Below, piece by piece: positions 39,210 to 50,200 of a stretch of DNA of 64,000 bases. How positions within the stretch are numbered: position 1 is the stretch's first letter; each line of letters opens with the position of its first letter. Source of the stretch: Sminthopsis crassicaudata (Eukaryota); contig NC_133618.1 in NCBI RefSeq assembly GCF_048593235.1, positions 567,070,889 to 567,134,888 on the forward strand, in the 5' to 3' direction. A model generated the notes under the pieces. It ran no database searches, was not told the DNA's origin, and saw nothing but the letters and a program-made list of their open reading frames with translations. A program made the translations under genes and the position numbers.

Positions 39210-41661
39210 TCACAGGACAATCTTAAAGGAGCTGAAAAAGACAAAGATATATGAGTTATCGATCCACTGTCAAACAAGCATGGTGAGCAAAGGATAGGCG
39301 ATGAAACCTAGATGAAGTAAGCTTGGAGAGAGGTCGGAAAATATGCTCCCTAAAACCTGTCTAGAATTGGCTCAATCCTCGAGGATGATGGGGTTGACTT
39401 GGGTCACCCTTAGCCTGAAGACCTTTTCTCCATTCTCTTGCCCTCCTGGCAAGATGCTATCAGTACCTAAATTGCCAGGTGGCTCTAGTCATACCTGGTG
39501 AAGTCAGGTGAACGGGAAATGACATGCTGGAACTCTGAGAGATTGATGGTACCATCCCTGTCAATGTCAGACTCTTCTAAGATCTGTGCAGGGAAAGGAG
39601 CGAGAAGTTCAGTTAAACAGCCCAATGCCTTGCCTTCCCCTTCCCTGTTCACGTTGTCCATGCTCACGTTCTCAATGAGCTGCTTCATCTCGGAGCTGGT
39701 GAGCTGAGTGTCTTGCCCATCCCCGGTAAGGCAGTTTACCAGGCACTTCAGATCCTCTTTGTTCAAGGTCCCATCATCATCAAAGTCTAGTAAGGAAAGA
39801 CATAGACAAAAAATTATCCCTGATGAAAAGACCACAGTGCTCCCCATACTCCACCCACTGTATGTAGTCCTCACCAAAGATGCGGAAGGCATAGTGGGAC
39901 TTAATTTCAGGGGTCGCTGCGTCGCTAAAGACACTGAAGAGGTCCAAGAAGTCTTCAAAGCTCAAGCTGTCTCTCTCTGGTGCTGTGGAGAATACACGGC
40001 AAATACGGTCCCTGAAGGGGTTGGCCTGGAGCAAGAGACACTCTTGTAAGCAATAGGGATTCAACCTCCAAACGTTGATTACACATGTACTATGTCCAAA
40101 GTCCTGTACTGGGAACTACGGAGCACTGACCACTTCTAAAAGAATTGGAATAAAAGTTTCTCAGATTGAGAAATGTCCCCATAGATCCCAAAACAGGTGG
40201 CTACAATTTCAAACTTAGCATTGTGGGAAAGGTGCCACCTTGAGCTCCGGAAGTGTCAGGATCTGCTCACAGGATACTCGGACTCTCAGAGAATCTTCCA
40301 CATTCCGAGACTCGGGCGGAAGCAGCTCAGTAAACCTCCTGTGGGCCCTGGGAACCAAAACCAGAATTCCTTCATTCACTCAGCAAACATTCATTCGATC
40401 CACCAACCAAATAACAATGCTCAGATGTATACTTTTTGTTAAATGCGCAGTTGGGAATGTCCAGTTGGGAAAGAGGGGATCAAAAAGCACAAGACAACAA
40501 TATAGGGGAGATGTCACAAAGCATTATATGGCTGGAGTCAAATGAGTGGTAGAGACAGGAAGTGACAAGCTTTCAGAGGGTGAAAAAGATCACGGTGCGC
40601 TGGGACAGGTGGAACCTGAGGGCCCGGGAGGTGGATGGAGAGAGGGAGCACCCTGTCAGTCAACAACTGCTCCCGCTGGGCGCTGGGGACGCACAGAGGG
40701 CAGCTCATGGCCGGAGGGCCTGCCCCATGTCACTGCCTGAGACAAGACCCCTTCGGTCTCTGTGCCCTTTGCCTGCATTCTCCCCATGGAGACCTTCCCA
40801 GAGGCCCAGCCCCTAGACAGGCCGCCCCGCCCTCTGAGCAGTCTGCCCCAGCCCAGAAGGGTCAGGACCCGCTCTGGAGAGAGTCCGAAGGGGCGAGGCT
40901 TCGGTCTCTGTAGGAGCAGGACGGGTCCCAGCAGGGGGCACAGCCCCTTCCGCGGGGGCACGCGGGGCACCAGCGCCTGTCGGGAGGTCCCGGACTCGGC
41001 AAGGAAAGGAAAGGAAGCTCAAGTCCGCGGCGGTGGGGGGCGCCAGACTGGCGTCCAGCCCGGAGCCACTGTGTGACCTGGGACTAGTCACCTCGGCTCC
41101 CCGGACAGCTCGGCCTCGGCTCCGGGGTTTCTTTCAGCCCTCCCCGCAGCGGGACCTCGGAGATGCCCTAGTCCGACTCCTTGACTTTACGGGGAGGAGA
41201 CTGAGGCTCGGGGGAGGGAAGGGACTTGCCTAAGGTCACACAGCCCCTGTGACAAAGCCAGGTCAGAAAACCCACGTCTTCTGGCCAAGTCCAGCTGCCT
41301 CCTGAGGAGGCTGGACGGGTACTTACAGGAGAATCTCCTGCTTCGTCAGGAACGTTAATTCCTGGAAGGAAAAGCAAAGGAAGATCGTCGGACGTGCGGT
41401 CGGCGCTGGCAGGACCGCCAGTCCCCCAGCAACCCGGGGCACCTTGCACTCGGAGCCCTTCCGGGCCTGCCCTCCCTAAAGAATGGGGGGGGGCAGGTTG
41501 TGCACGAGAAGGGCCAAAGGTCGTCGCCCCCAAAACTCCGCCCACGGTTCCGGGGCCCAACGCAGCCCAGCCAAGTCTGAGCCACCCAGAGGTGTTCTGT
41601 CCCCACGAACCTGGTACTCGGTCAGCAGCTCCTTGGAGAGTTGACTGGCCGAGCTGCCCAT
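39210..41661 (-). CDS. CIB1: Calcium- and integrin-binding protein 1 (EF-hand, N-myristoylation motif MGSSAS), 191 aa
   Basis: Exons on the minus strand: 41661-41611, 41361-41327, 40347-40239, 40025-39875, 39786-39668, 39583-39495, 39231-39210; total 576 nt, GT-AG. Peptides [59 protein letters not shown]. Confidence 0.97.
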
Positions 41662-43300
41662 GGCCTTGCTACCCCCGCCGGGTCTGAGGAAGCCAAATAC
41701 CAACTCCGAGCCGGACAGCAACAACTTTCCCACTCACTTCCGCCTCTCGTGTCACCAGCCCGGCCGCCCGCCCAGTCCCCGCGGCAACCGAGGGGCGACT
41801 CCGACCCCACCTTCCGTATTTGCCTACAGGCCCCGCCTCTCTCGTTCTTAAAGGGCCCGACCTCCAGTTCTCAATTCTCTGGGTGAAGGAATCCAGGTAG
41901 AGGTTTCCAAAATCAGGCGCGTGACGTGATTAGGGCGGGGGAGGGGGGAAGGAAGGGGGGAGAAGAAGAAGAGGCGGTGCGCAGAGAGTGCCAGAATGCT
42001 GGGACCCGCGGCAGCTGCACTCCAGAAGACATTTCTTTAGCCCCACGCCTAGAAGAGAGGCGGCGGGGTGAAGTGAAAAAAAATGCGGAGTTTGGACAAA
42101 CAGGTCTCTTGGAGTTCAAGTTTCCTCGCTAAGTTGTAGTGGGCCTAAACAGGACTTCATTTCCCACAATTCATAGGGACGAGAGACCTTCGCTCATTGG
42201 AAGTCTCTGGACTACATATCCCAGAGGGCTGTGCGTGATCTCCGGTAAAGGTCTTTGATTAGTGGAGTTTGAACCGTAAAGCGGGAAGTTTTAAAACTAC
42301 CACAGCCTTTCGAGAGGGACCCATAGTTAAAGGGAGGCGCCGGGTGTGCGGCTCTTCCCCAGTCCCAGACCACCGGAAACTGCTTGATCTGATGTGGTGG
42401 TCCACTTCTGAAGGTCTGACCTTATCGCCCCGCCTCCCTCCTCACTCCAATGGCTCCATGTCACCTCCAGGAGCCAATACAAAATGTTCTTGTTTGGCGC
42501 TCAAAGCCCTTTGCACCTAGCCCGTCCTACCTTTCCGGTCTTCTTACTCTGTTATCCCGAATATGTGCGCTTCGATTCAGCAACACTGTTCTCTGCCCTT
42601 CCGCGAGCAAGATGCCCCATATCTCCTGGCTCCGTGCTCTTTCTCTGGCTGTGACCCACGCTTGGAACGCTGTTTGTGTTACTTCGGGCCGGGCGGTAAT
42701 GTTGTCAATGTGTACATTTGGATATCCGTATTGAGGAGTAGCAATAGAATGTCTGAAATGAGTGTGTGAGCCAGGAGCTGAATAGTCAATTGCCCCTAAA
42801 ACAGAATATCATTTCAGGAGGATCGAAACTACAAAATGAGGTTAATGGACAAGATGATCTCTGCGCTGACTGAGCTCCTGAGAGGACCCGGGACCGGTAG
42901 TCTCTTCCTCTAGAAGCTAGAGGGGTGGGGCAGAAATGCTAGACTCCGCCCATTAAATCCTCTAGTAGGAGGGGGGGTGAATTCTACCTCACAGTTGCTC
43001 CTACCCTTTAAGAGGGCGCATGCGCATTCTTGACCTCCGAAGGGTCAGGAAGTCAGGCAGGCAGTTTCCTCTTCCAGATCTTGGAAAAGGCACCGGTATC
43101 CACCTAGGCTAGACTGGTGGGAAGAGCTAAGGTGAGGAGAGGAGGGGAGCGAGGGAAGAAAGACGATGCACTCACTCTCGGGAGGAAAGCATAAGGGGAC
43201 GGGAGAAAAATGGAGTCAACATATATTGGGAAGCATCTGTGCTGGGAAGATTGAAAGTTGTGGAGCCCCAGTTGTTACCCCGGGAGCCCCGAGAAGAGTG
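40880..43300. promoter_or_regulatory. CpG island and head-to-head CIB1/GDPGP1 promoter region
   Basis: CRE-like TGACGT 41922-41927, GC box 41933-41940, ZNF143-type motifs TTCCCACAATTCAT 42161-42174 and ACTACATATCCCAGAGGGC 42211-42229, palindromic NRF1 site GCGCATGCGC 43016-43025. Candidate GDPGP1 5' UTR donors at 43132 (AAG|GTGAGG) and 43584 (TAG|GTAAGT). Confidence 0.8.
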
Positions 43301-44503
43301 GATGCAAAAAATTTTAATTCGGTACCCCCCTTCACCCCTATTTCTCCGATCTCCCTACTCCCTCCCCCCGCCCTTTTTTTCTGCTATCTTTAACGAGACT
43401 TATCACCTACTGCCCATGTTAGTGGAGAAAGCACTTTGAGTCAAAAAAAAAGGGGGGCGGGTAGGAAATAATTAGTAACAGCAACTTCCTGATATCAAGC
43501 GGTTCTCTCCACTCCCGGGTTTGCTCTCCACTTCCACTTTGTGACTTATACTATATAGTCGCTGATCTGCAGAATCCTCCTAGGTAAGTGGGGACCTGCC
43601 CTCTCTACCTATTTACAAACCTGGGATTATTAGGAAGGTCAAACAATTATTTAAATGTATGTGTTCCTTAAAAGCTATAATGCAACATTCATATTATAAA
43701 TAATGTGAATGTTAATTTCTCTGTTTTATATCTCCTACTATACAATACAACTACATTTTTTGAAGGGCAAAGAACAACTCTTAATTCCTCATTTTATCTT
43801 CCATATTCTACATATCGAAGTGAGTCAGTAGATACAATAGATATTTAATGAATTAATAAATTATTTGGTACCCAACTGTGGTCCTGTCCTCTCCACTGCT
43901 TTCCCAAGTTTCAAGGCTCATTGCTAACTTGCTTAGGCAGAATACTTAATTTCCAAAGTGTAACCAGCCATTTTGTCCTAAAATAAGAAGATAGCTAAGA
44001 AACATAAATGTAAATTTTAGCTTGAGGTACTTTTGCCTTCACTCCCCCCCCTTTTTTTTGTTTCTGGACTCAGAGGGTGGTGAAGCTGGAAGTGAGAATT
44101 TCAGTCTGGTTGGTACGGGTTGGTACAATGGCAGATGGAAAATGTTATGGAACAGGTTTTATAATCCCTATCGATTTTCCTTATAAAGTTATCAATTTTC
44201 CTGTGCATAGATTTGGCCTTGCTTACTAAGAAACTATACCATTACACATATCATGGGGGCATCTTTATATGTACAGACACAACAAGCAGAAAACTATTTT
44301 TATAAAAGTAGATTTAAAACATTACTTTTCCAGAACTTTAAGTTATTTTTCAAAGTGATATAAAAAAACAGTAATCCAGTGGCCAAAAACAATGTTAAAA
44401 CCCTTAGAAATGTGATATACTGTGTTCCTTTACCCTTTCTTGTGTTCCAGATCACCTGGAGGAACCCAGACCTGCTAGAACTTGGAATTTGTGCCCTTTT
44501 CAT

Positions 44504-45667
44504 ATGGCTATACCACAGAATATAAATGAAACTTCAGATTTATTACCTCAGAGCAATGGCTGTGATGAACAGTCAAGACACCCTATTGGGCTGGGAATAT
44601 TGGATTTTGTGTATGGCCAGGAAGAACTGATAGTGAAAGGGATACAGTGGCAAATTAGTGAATCTGGTATCTTGTGTCCCCCTTTGCTGTCTCGTTTTGA
44701 TTGTACCCTCCAGTCATCTTGGAAGCAACGGATGGAACAAGGATTGTTTCGTTACTGCCTTGGGGAGCTGCAAACCCAGATCCTACCTGGCCCTCTGGGT
44801 TTTGTGGCTCAGCTGAATGTGGAACGGGGTATACAGAGAAGACGCCCTCAGAACATCCAGAGTGTGAGGCAGGCATTTGACCCTCAGCAGTTCAATTTCA
44901 GTAAGATCAAATCAGGAGAAATCCTCTTCCGCTTACGCAGAGATCCAGGCTTTCCGATGGCTCTCCAGTGCACTGAAGTCCTGGTAATTATCAATGTCAG
45001 TCCTTTGGAATGGGGACATGTGCTGTTTGTGCCAGAGCCCACCCTGGGGCTACCACAAATCCTCTTGCCAGACCCATTACAATTTGGAATAGAGGCTGTT
45101 ATGCTTAGTACCCACCCTGGCTTCCGGGTGGGCTTCAACAGCCTAGGTGGCTTGGCTTCTGTCAACCACTTACATCTGCATGGTTACTACCTGGGCCACA
45201 AACTGCCAGTAGAGACAGCTCCAAGCCAGCCACTAGATCCCAATGGTTATATCTACCTACTAGAAGGACTCCCAGCCCCTGGTTTCCTATTTTATGTGGA
45301 TGAGCTAGGACCAAAGTTAAAGGCACTGGTGGATAGGGTCTGCCAGGTCACCAACTATCTCACTGACCAGGAGATTGCACATAACTTATTTGTGACACGG
45401 GGGGCCCCGCCTGGAAACCCACCATCCTCATTGGCCTACGTGGGTGTCCGGGTCATCCTCTGGGCCCGGAAGTCCTGCTTTGGAGTTAAGGAAGGGGAGG
45501 CTTTCAATGTAGCACTCTGTGAGCTGGCAGGACATTTGCCAGTTAAAACATCCCAGGATTTCTGCAGCTTGACAGAAGCTTCAGCTCTGAATCTCATTCG
45601 GCAATCTCTCCTGCCTCCATCTCAGTTTTTACAACTTCAGGAAGCACTGGTGTCCCTCATGGCATAG
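44504..45667 (+). CDS. GDPGP1: GDP-D-glucose phosphorylase 1 (HIT family, VTC2-like), 387 aa, single coding exon
   Basis: Uninterrupted ORF from ATG 44504 ([11 protein letters not shown]). Contains [23 protein letters not shown] and the HIT motif [11 protein letters not shown]. Splice acceptor at 44450/44451. Confidence 0.97.
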   Translation: MAIPQNINETSDLLPQSNGCDEQSRHPIGLGILDFVYGQEELIVKGIQWQISESGILCPPLLSRFDCTLQSSWKQRMEQGLFRYCLGELQTQILPGPLGFVAQLNVERGIQRRRPQNIQSVRQAFDPQQFNFSKIKSGEILFRLRRDPGFPMALQCTEVLVIINVSPLEWGHVLFVPEPTLGLPQILLPDPLQFGIEAVMLSTHPGFRVGFNSLGGLASVNHLHLHGYYLGHKLPVETAPSQPLDPNGYIYLLEGLPAPGFLFYVDELGPKLKALVDRVCQVTNYLTDQEIAHNLFVTRGAPPGNPPSSLAYVGVRVILWARKSCFGVKEGEAFNVALCELAGHLPVKTSQDFCSLTEASALNLIRQSLLPPSQFLQLQEALVSLMA

Positions 45668-45689
45668 CATAGTAGGTTCTTTCCCTGGG

Positions 45690-46140
45690 TGATATTTATC
45701 TCCTAATGTATCTTGTTCCTCCTTAGAATTTCTTTTAAGGTGCAACTGTTCAAAAAACCTTCAGTAATCCCTATTGTTTTTAGGGCATATTACAAACTCC
45801 TAGAGGTCTGGCATTTACTTCCAACCTACTTTTCTATACTTATTTCATATTCATTCCCTACATGTCTTCTCCATGTTAGCCAAACTGGACTGCTTGTCAG
45901 CTGGTGCTGAGCTCAGTGTTCCCCAGCTTTACAGTTCCACATATCCCTCAATGCCTGGAATGCTCTTCCTGTTCATGACTCACAATCCTTGCTTTTCCAC
46001 AGTTTAGAAAAGTTTTGTGTTCTTTCCTTCCTTATTATCTTGTAGTTTTGTGTACATGAATGTAAGTTCCATCAAGACAGAAACTAGCCTTTATTATAAT
46101 ACCCTACATACATAGACGGGTTTAATAAATGTTTCTTGAA
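45690..46140 (+). mobile_element. Degenerate LINE-2 3' fragment forming the GDPGP1 3' UTR, with AATAAA at 46124-46129
   Basis: L2-like body and tail TTTAATAAATGTTTCTTGAAT. Confidence 0.6.
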
Positions 46141-46359
46141 TTATGTTGTAATATATATACACATGTGTATCTGTATACACATATACACGTGCTCACGTGC
46201 ACACTTAAGTGAACTCCATCCAGGGAGGGAAGAATCTGTCCAAGACAACTTTACTGCAGTTTGCAGATCTGTAACTGCTTTCCAATCGATTTTTTTAAAG
46301 TCGGGCAGCCATAATTTAAATAACTGGCCCGTTATTAAAGATGCTGCCCCGGCCCCTGT

Positions 46360-47110
46360 GATTGGCCACTTGCAGCCCAAGCTCGTCCGGGCCGGGGCAC
46401 CAGAACCCCACGGAGCTATGCAACGAGCCATCCCAGGACTTAGGCGAAGTTCTGGAATTTGGCTTCCTAGAAACTACATGTTCTAGCGTGAGATGTAGGC
46501 AGTTCGGAAAGACCATTAGGTTCTCGAGGCAGCCGCTGTAGGCTTCTTTATTGTCGCGAGGCCTCTGGAGTCGGGGTCTCGTTCTATCTAAGCCTAAAAT
46601 GGCCGCGGCGAAGGCCGAGGTGGGTGTGGCTGTGGAGGAGAGGCCCCGCCCCTCCAGAATGCTTCTCCAAGGCGTGTCCATGGCGACAGCAGCAGCGGTG
46701 GCGGCGGCGGCGGCGGCGCTGCGAGCCTGTGGAGGCGCCGCCGCCGCCGGGGTCTCAGTGCTAGGTGAGAGCCCCGGGGAGGGAAGCGGGCTCCTCTCCG
46801 GAACCGCCGGAGGTGGTCCCCTACAGCCCAGGAGACGGATGAATCGAGCTCTGGGCGAGGGGAGGGAATGAGTCTTTCGCCGGGCCGCTCCTAGGCGCTA
46901 GAGGGCGCAGCTGCCGCGCCAGGACCTCCCCCTCTGGTGATTAGCATCTTTTCACCCCTACCTATTAAAAGTTCTCCTCCCCTTCGGTCGCCCGTCCCAG
47001 CAGCATTCCTTGCACTGCCCAGGTCAGCCGCAGGGAGGCACTCCTTTCCCTCTACATGCCAGCACCTTTGGTCCAGTTGAGAGTAGGCGCGGGCAATGGT
47101 CCCGACCCCG
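46360..47110. promoter_or_regulatory. CpG island, TTLL13 promoter with candidate first exon ending at 46764
   Basis: GC box about 46641-46651, YY1-like AAAATGGCCG 46596-46605, donor TAG|GTGAGA at 46764/46765, CTCF-like GCGCTAGAGGGCGC 46895-46908. Confidence 0.75.
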
Positions 47111-47264
47111 AGTCTGCAAGCTGGTGACACTAAACTGTCCCCTGAAGCTATGCTCTGTGTGTGTGCGTGTACAGATGGGACTAACTGACACAAGCGTCAG
47201 AGTCAGGGCGAGCCTTACTAAACCCTCCCCTGGGTATTTTGCCTCTGCTGCAGAATCTACAAGT

Positions 47265-50200
47265 ATGGAGAATGTTATCTGCAAAACCAGTGAATCAGAG
47301 GAAGAGTATGGCGAGGAAGAGGAATCAGAGGAGGAAAGTGTTAAAAGGAGCACAGGCCCCTCTGCTGCTCTGCAGCAGGACAGAACAGAGGCAGGTGGGA
47401 ATGCGGCACCCACTTCCACTGTCAAAAAGTTTCAGAAGAAAGTGGCAGCCCCTCCTGAGCCAGAGGACCTAGAAGTTGGGAGGAAAAAGAGACGGCGGAA
47501 AAGAAGGTGGTAATAGTTCCCTGCATCCTCTATCTACTGTCTAGGCTTCTGGGGATCCCTCTGCTAAGGCCATTGGAAACCAGATGTTTATCCTTTATCT
47601 CTCTAGTGAAGAAACAGGGAAGACCCTAACTTCACAGACTTTTTTGGTCTTTTCTCTTTCAGAAGAATTGCTTGGATGTTACAACACAATAAACATTAAG
47701 TTGCCTTATATGTGCCCAACACTGCCAAATACTGAGGTAGATTTGTGGATAGTCTAGTATTTAAGATGAGCTATAAAAGATGGATAGGGATTCAAAAGAT
47801 GAAAGTGGGGGGAGGGAAGGAAATATTTCTAGGTATTGCAAATGGTTTGCAAAGGCAATAAAGCCATACTTTTGCAAGCGGAGAGTAGCCTAGTTTGTCT
47901 ATAACAGAAATGAAGATAGTAAAATGATATAAAGCAAGAAGTTTTAGACTGCCTCAGATTAAAGAGAACTTTAAATGCAGACACTGAGTCCCTGCTTCTT
48001 TCAATTCAATTAAAATGCTTGCTGAATTGTTAATTTTATTTGCTAGGTAATGGAGAACCACTACTAAGGATTGTTGAGTAAATGTCTAATGGAAACAGGT
48101 GGGAAGATCCAGACAGGTAGTGAAGCTGGTGACATGTAACATGATGTGATGGTGGAATCAACAGATTTATGTAACTAATTTATTATGACAGCTGGTCAAA
48201 TCTGAATTTTTCCTTCATTGGGACTGCTGGAATTCTGTTTTTTCTCCTCTGGCTTCCATAGTGGCAAAAGAGAGTTTGGTTAGCTCTTCAGGTGTTCTAT
48301 TTGGGGACCCAAGATCTGCCCACCCAACTAGAGTTCAGTTTTCCCTTCTAACCTATTATTAAATTTCACTTGATTAAGTATCTCCCTCTGTTGCAGACTC
48401 TTGACTATCAACCTGACCAACTGCAAGTATGAAAGTGGTAAGAACTTTTTTGTTGTTCAGTCGAGTCTGACTCTTTCTAACTCTATAACTACATATAATT
48501 TGGCGTTTTTTTTGGCAAATATAATAGTTTGCCATTTTCTTCTCTAGCTCATTTTACAGATGAGAAAATTGAGGCAAACTAGGTTAAGTGACTTGTCCAG
48601 GATCACACAATTAGTTAAATGTCTGAGGCCAGATTTGAACTTGGGTCTTTTGGGATCCAGGTCCATATCTCTGTTCACTGCAAATCTAAAAGTTCTCATT
48701 TTTAGCTTTCTCCAAAACATGGCTTTTCCAGTGTACACATTGCTACTATAAATACTCATCATAGTCTCCAAAAAGCAAGGTTTGTTACTATAAATACTCA
48801 TCATAGTCTCCAAAAAGCTGTTAGCTGTAAGCTGTAAGCTTCCTTCTATGGGCAGCTAAACCTTAGTAGAAAGGTTGCTAAGTTATACTGTATAACATCA
48901 GTATTGGTTTATCACCTTAATATTTGAGTATGCTTCAGCTTTCAAGATCCATTCAATTATTCCAAACTATTAACTAAATTATTCAATTAAGCACAAAATA
49001 CTGTGCTAAGTGTCTTGTCTTTAAGAAGTTTAAAATGTAGAAGGAAAGAAAGACACACAAGTAATTATAATACAGAATGTAAAATCATAAAGGAAGTACA
49101 AAAAAGGGATGAAGTTGATAGGAGGGAGGGGTTACTGAGAACAAGAAAAAGATATTATGGATATGGCATTTAACTTGAGCGTTAATAAATGGATAGAATT
49201 ATATCAGAAAGAGATAGCTGGGGGGGTGAGAAACATTGTTTTTAGGATGTAGGTGAGATAAAGGTAAGTTTTCAAGTAGAAGGGAAGAATTCAATGAAAC
49301 TGGAAGGATAGGATCAAGACATAAGGCAGTGTGGTATAAACGAATGTTGAATAAAAGTCAGAAGCCAAGTTCAAATCCTGGTCCTTCCACTCATAGGCCT
49401 TTAGAAGCCTTGGGGAAGTTGCTTAATCATTTTTTTCTTCCCTATTGCCAGGTGAGAGGTTACCCTGGCAGTATTATTAGATCCCTCCCATGAGCTTTCT
49501 GGACACAGGGTTTGGGAACCAGGCTTTTTGTACCTTTGGGATAGCTCTGGAGAGTCATGTCCTACTTTATTGGCTGGGGTTACCCGGAGCTGACTAGCAG
49601 ACAGATTTTGGAAGGAGCATTCTGATATAATAGTACACATAGGAATATCATATGTTAAACAACAGTGTTGAATCTGCCCCTCACCCATACCAAATATTCT
49701 CATTCTTCACTAGGCAATGGCCATAGTCTCTTCTTTCTGTTCTGCGTGGTATATCCCTTGAAAGTCGATATCAGGACTTTTCTGTCTTTTCAGTTCGACG
49801 AGCTGCTCAACTCTGTGGTCTGAAGGAGGTGGGGGAGGACGAGGAATGGACAGTATACTGGACTGACTGTTCTGTCTCACTGGAGCGTGTTATGGACATG
49901 AAGAGATTTCAAGTATTAACTTCTTGGGAGGAAGCACTAAGAGAAGGGGGATGTACCAATAGAATTATCTACTCCCATCATTGTATTAGGATAACCAAAA
50001 ATAGTTTTATCCCTTTTGTTCAGTACCACAAAGATAAGAGTTTCAGGGAAGACGACCACTCCCAGAAACTTCTTAGAAAAGAATTGAGGCTTTATACACC
50101 ATAATAAGGCTTCAGGGGGGAAACTTAGCAGGAACAAAAAGAGAGGACAGAGAAAGAGAGCAAGCTCTTTAAGCACTTGCTATGTACCAGGCACTTTCTA

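Noticed and set aside
48744-48818. Repeat-spacer-repeat as a CRISPR array
   Set aside because: Only two repeats, a 9-nt spacer, mammalian intron context and no cas genes.
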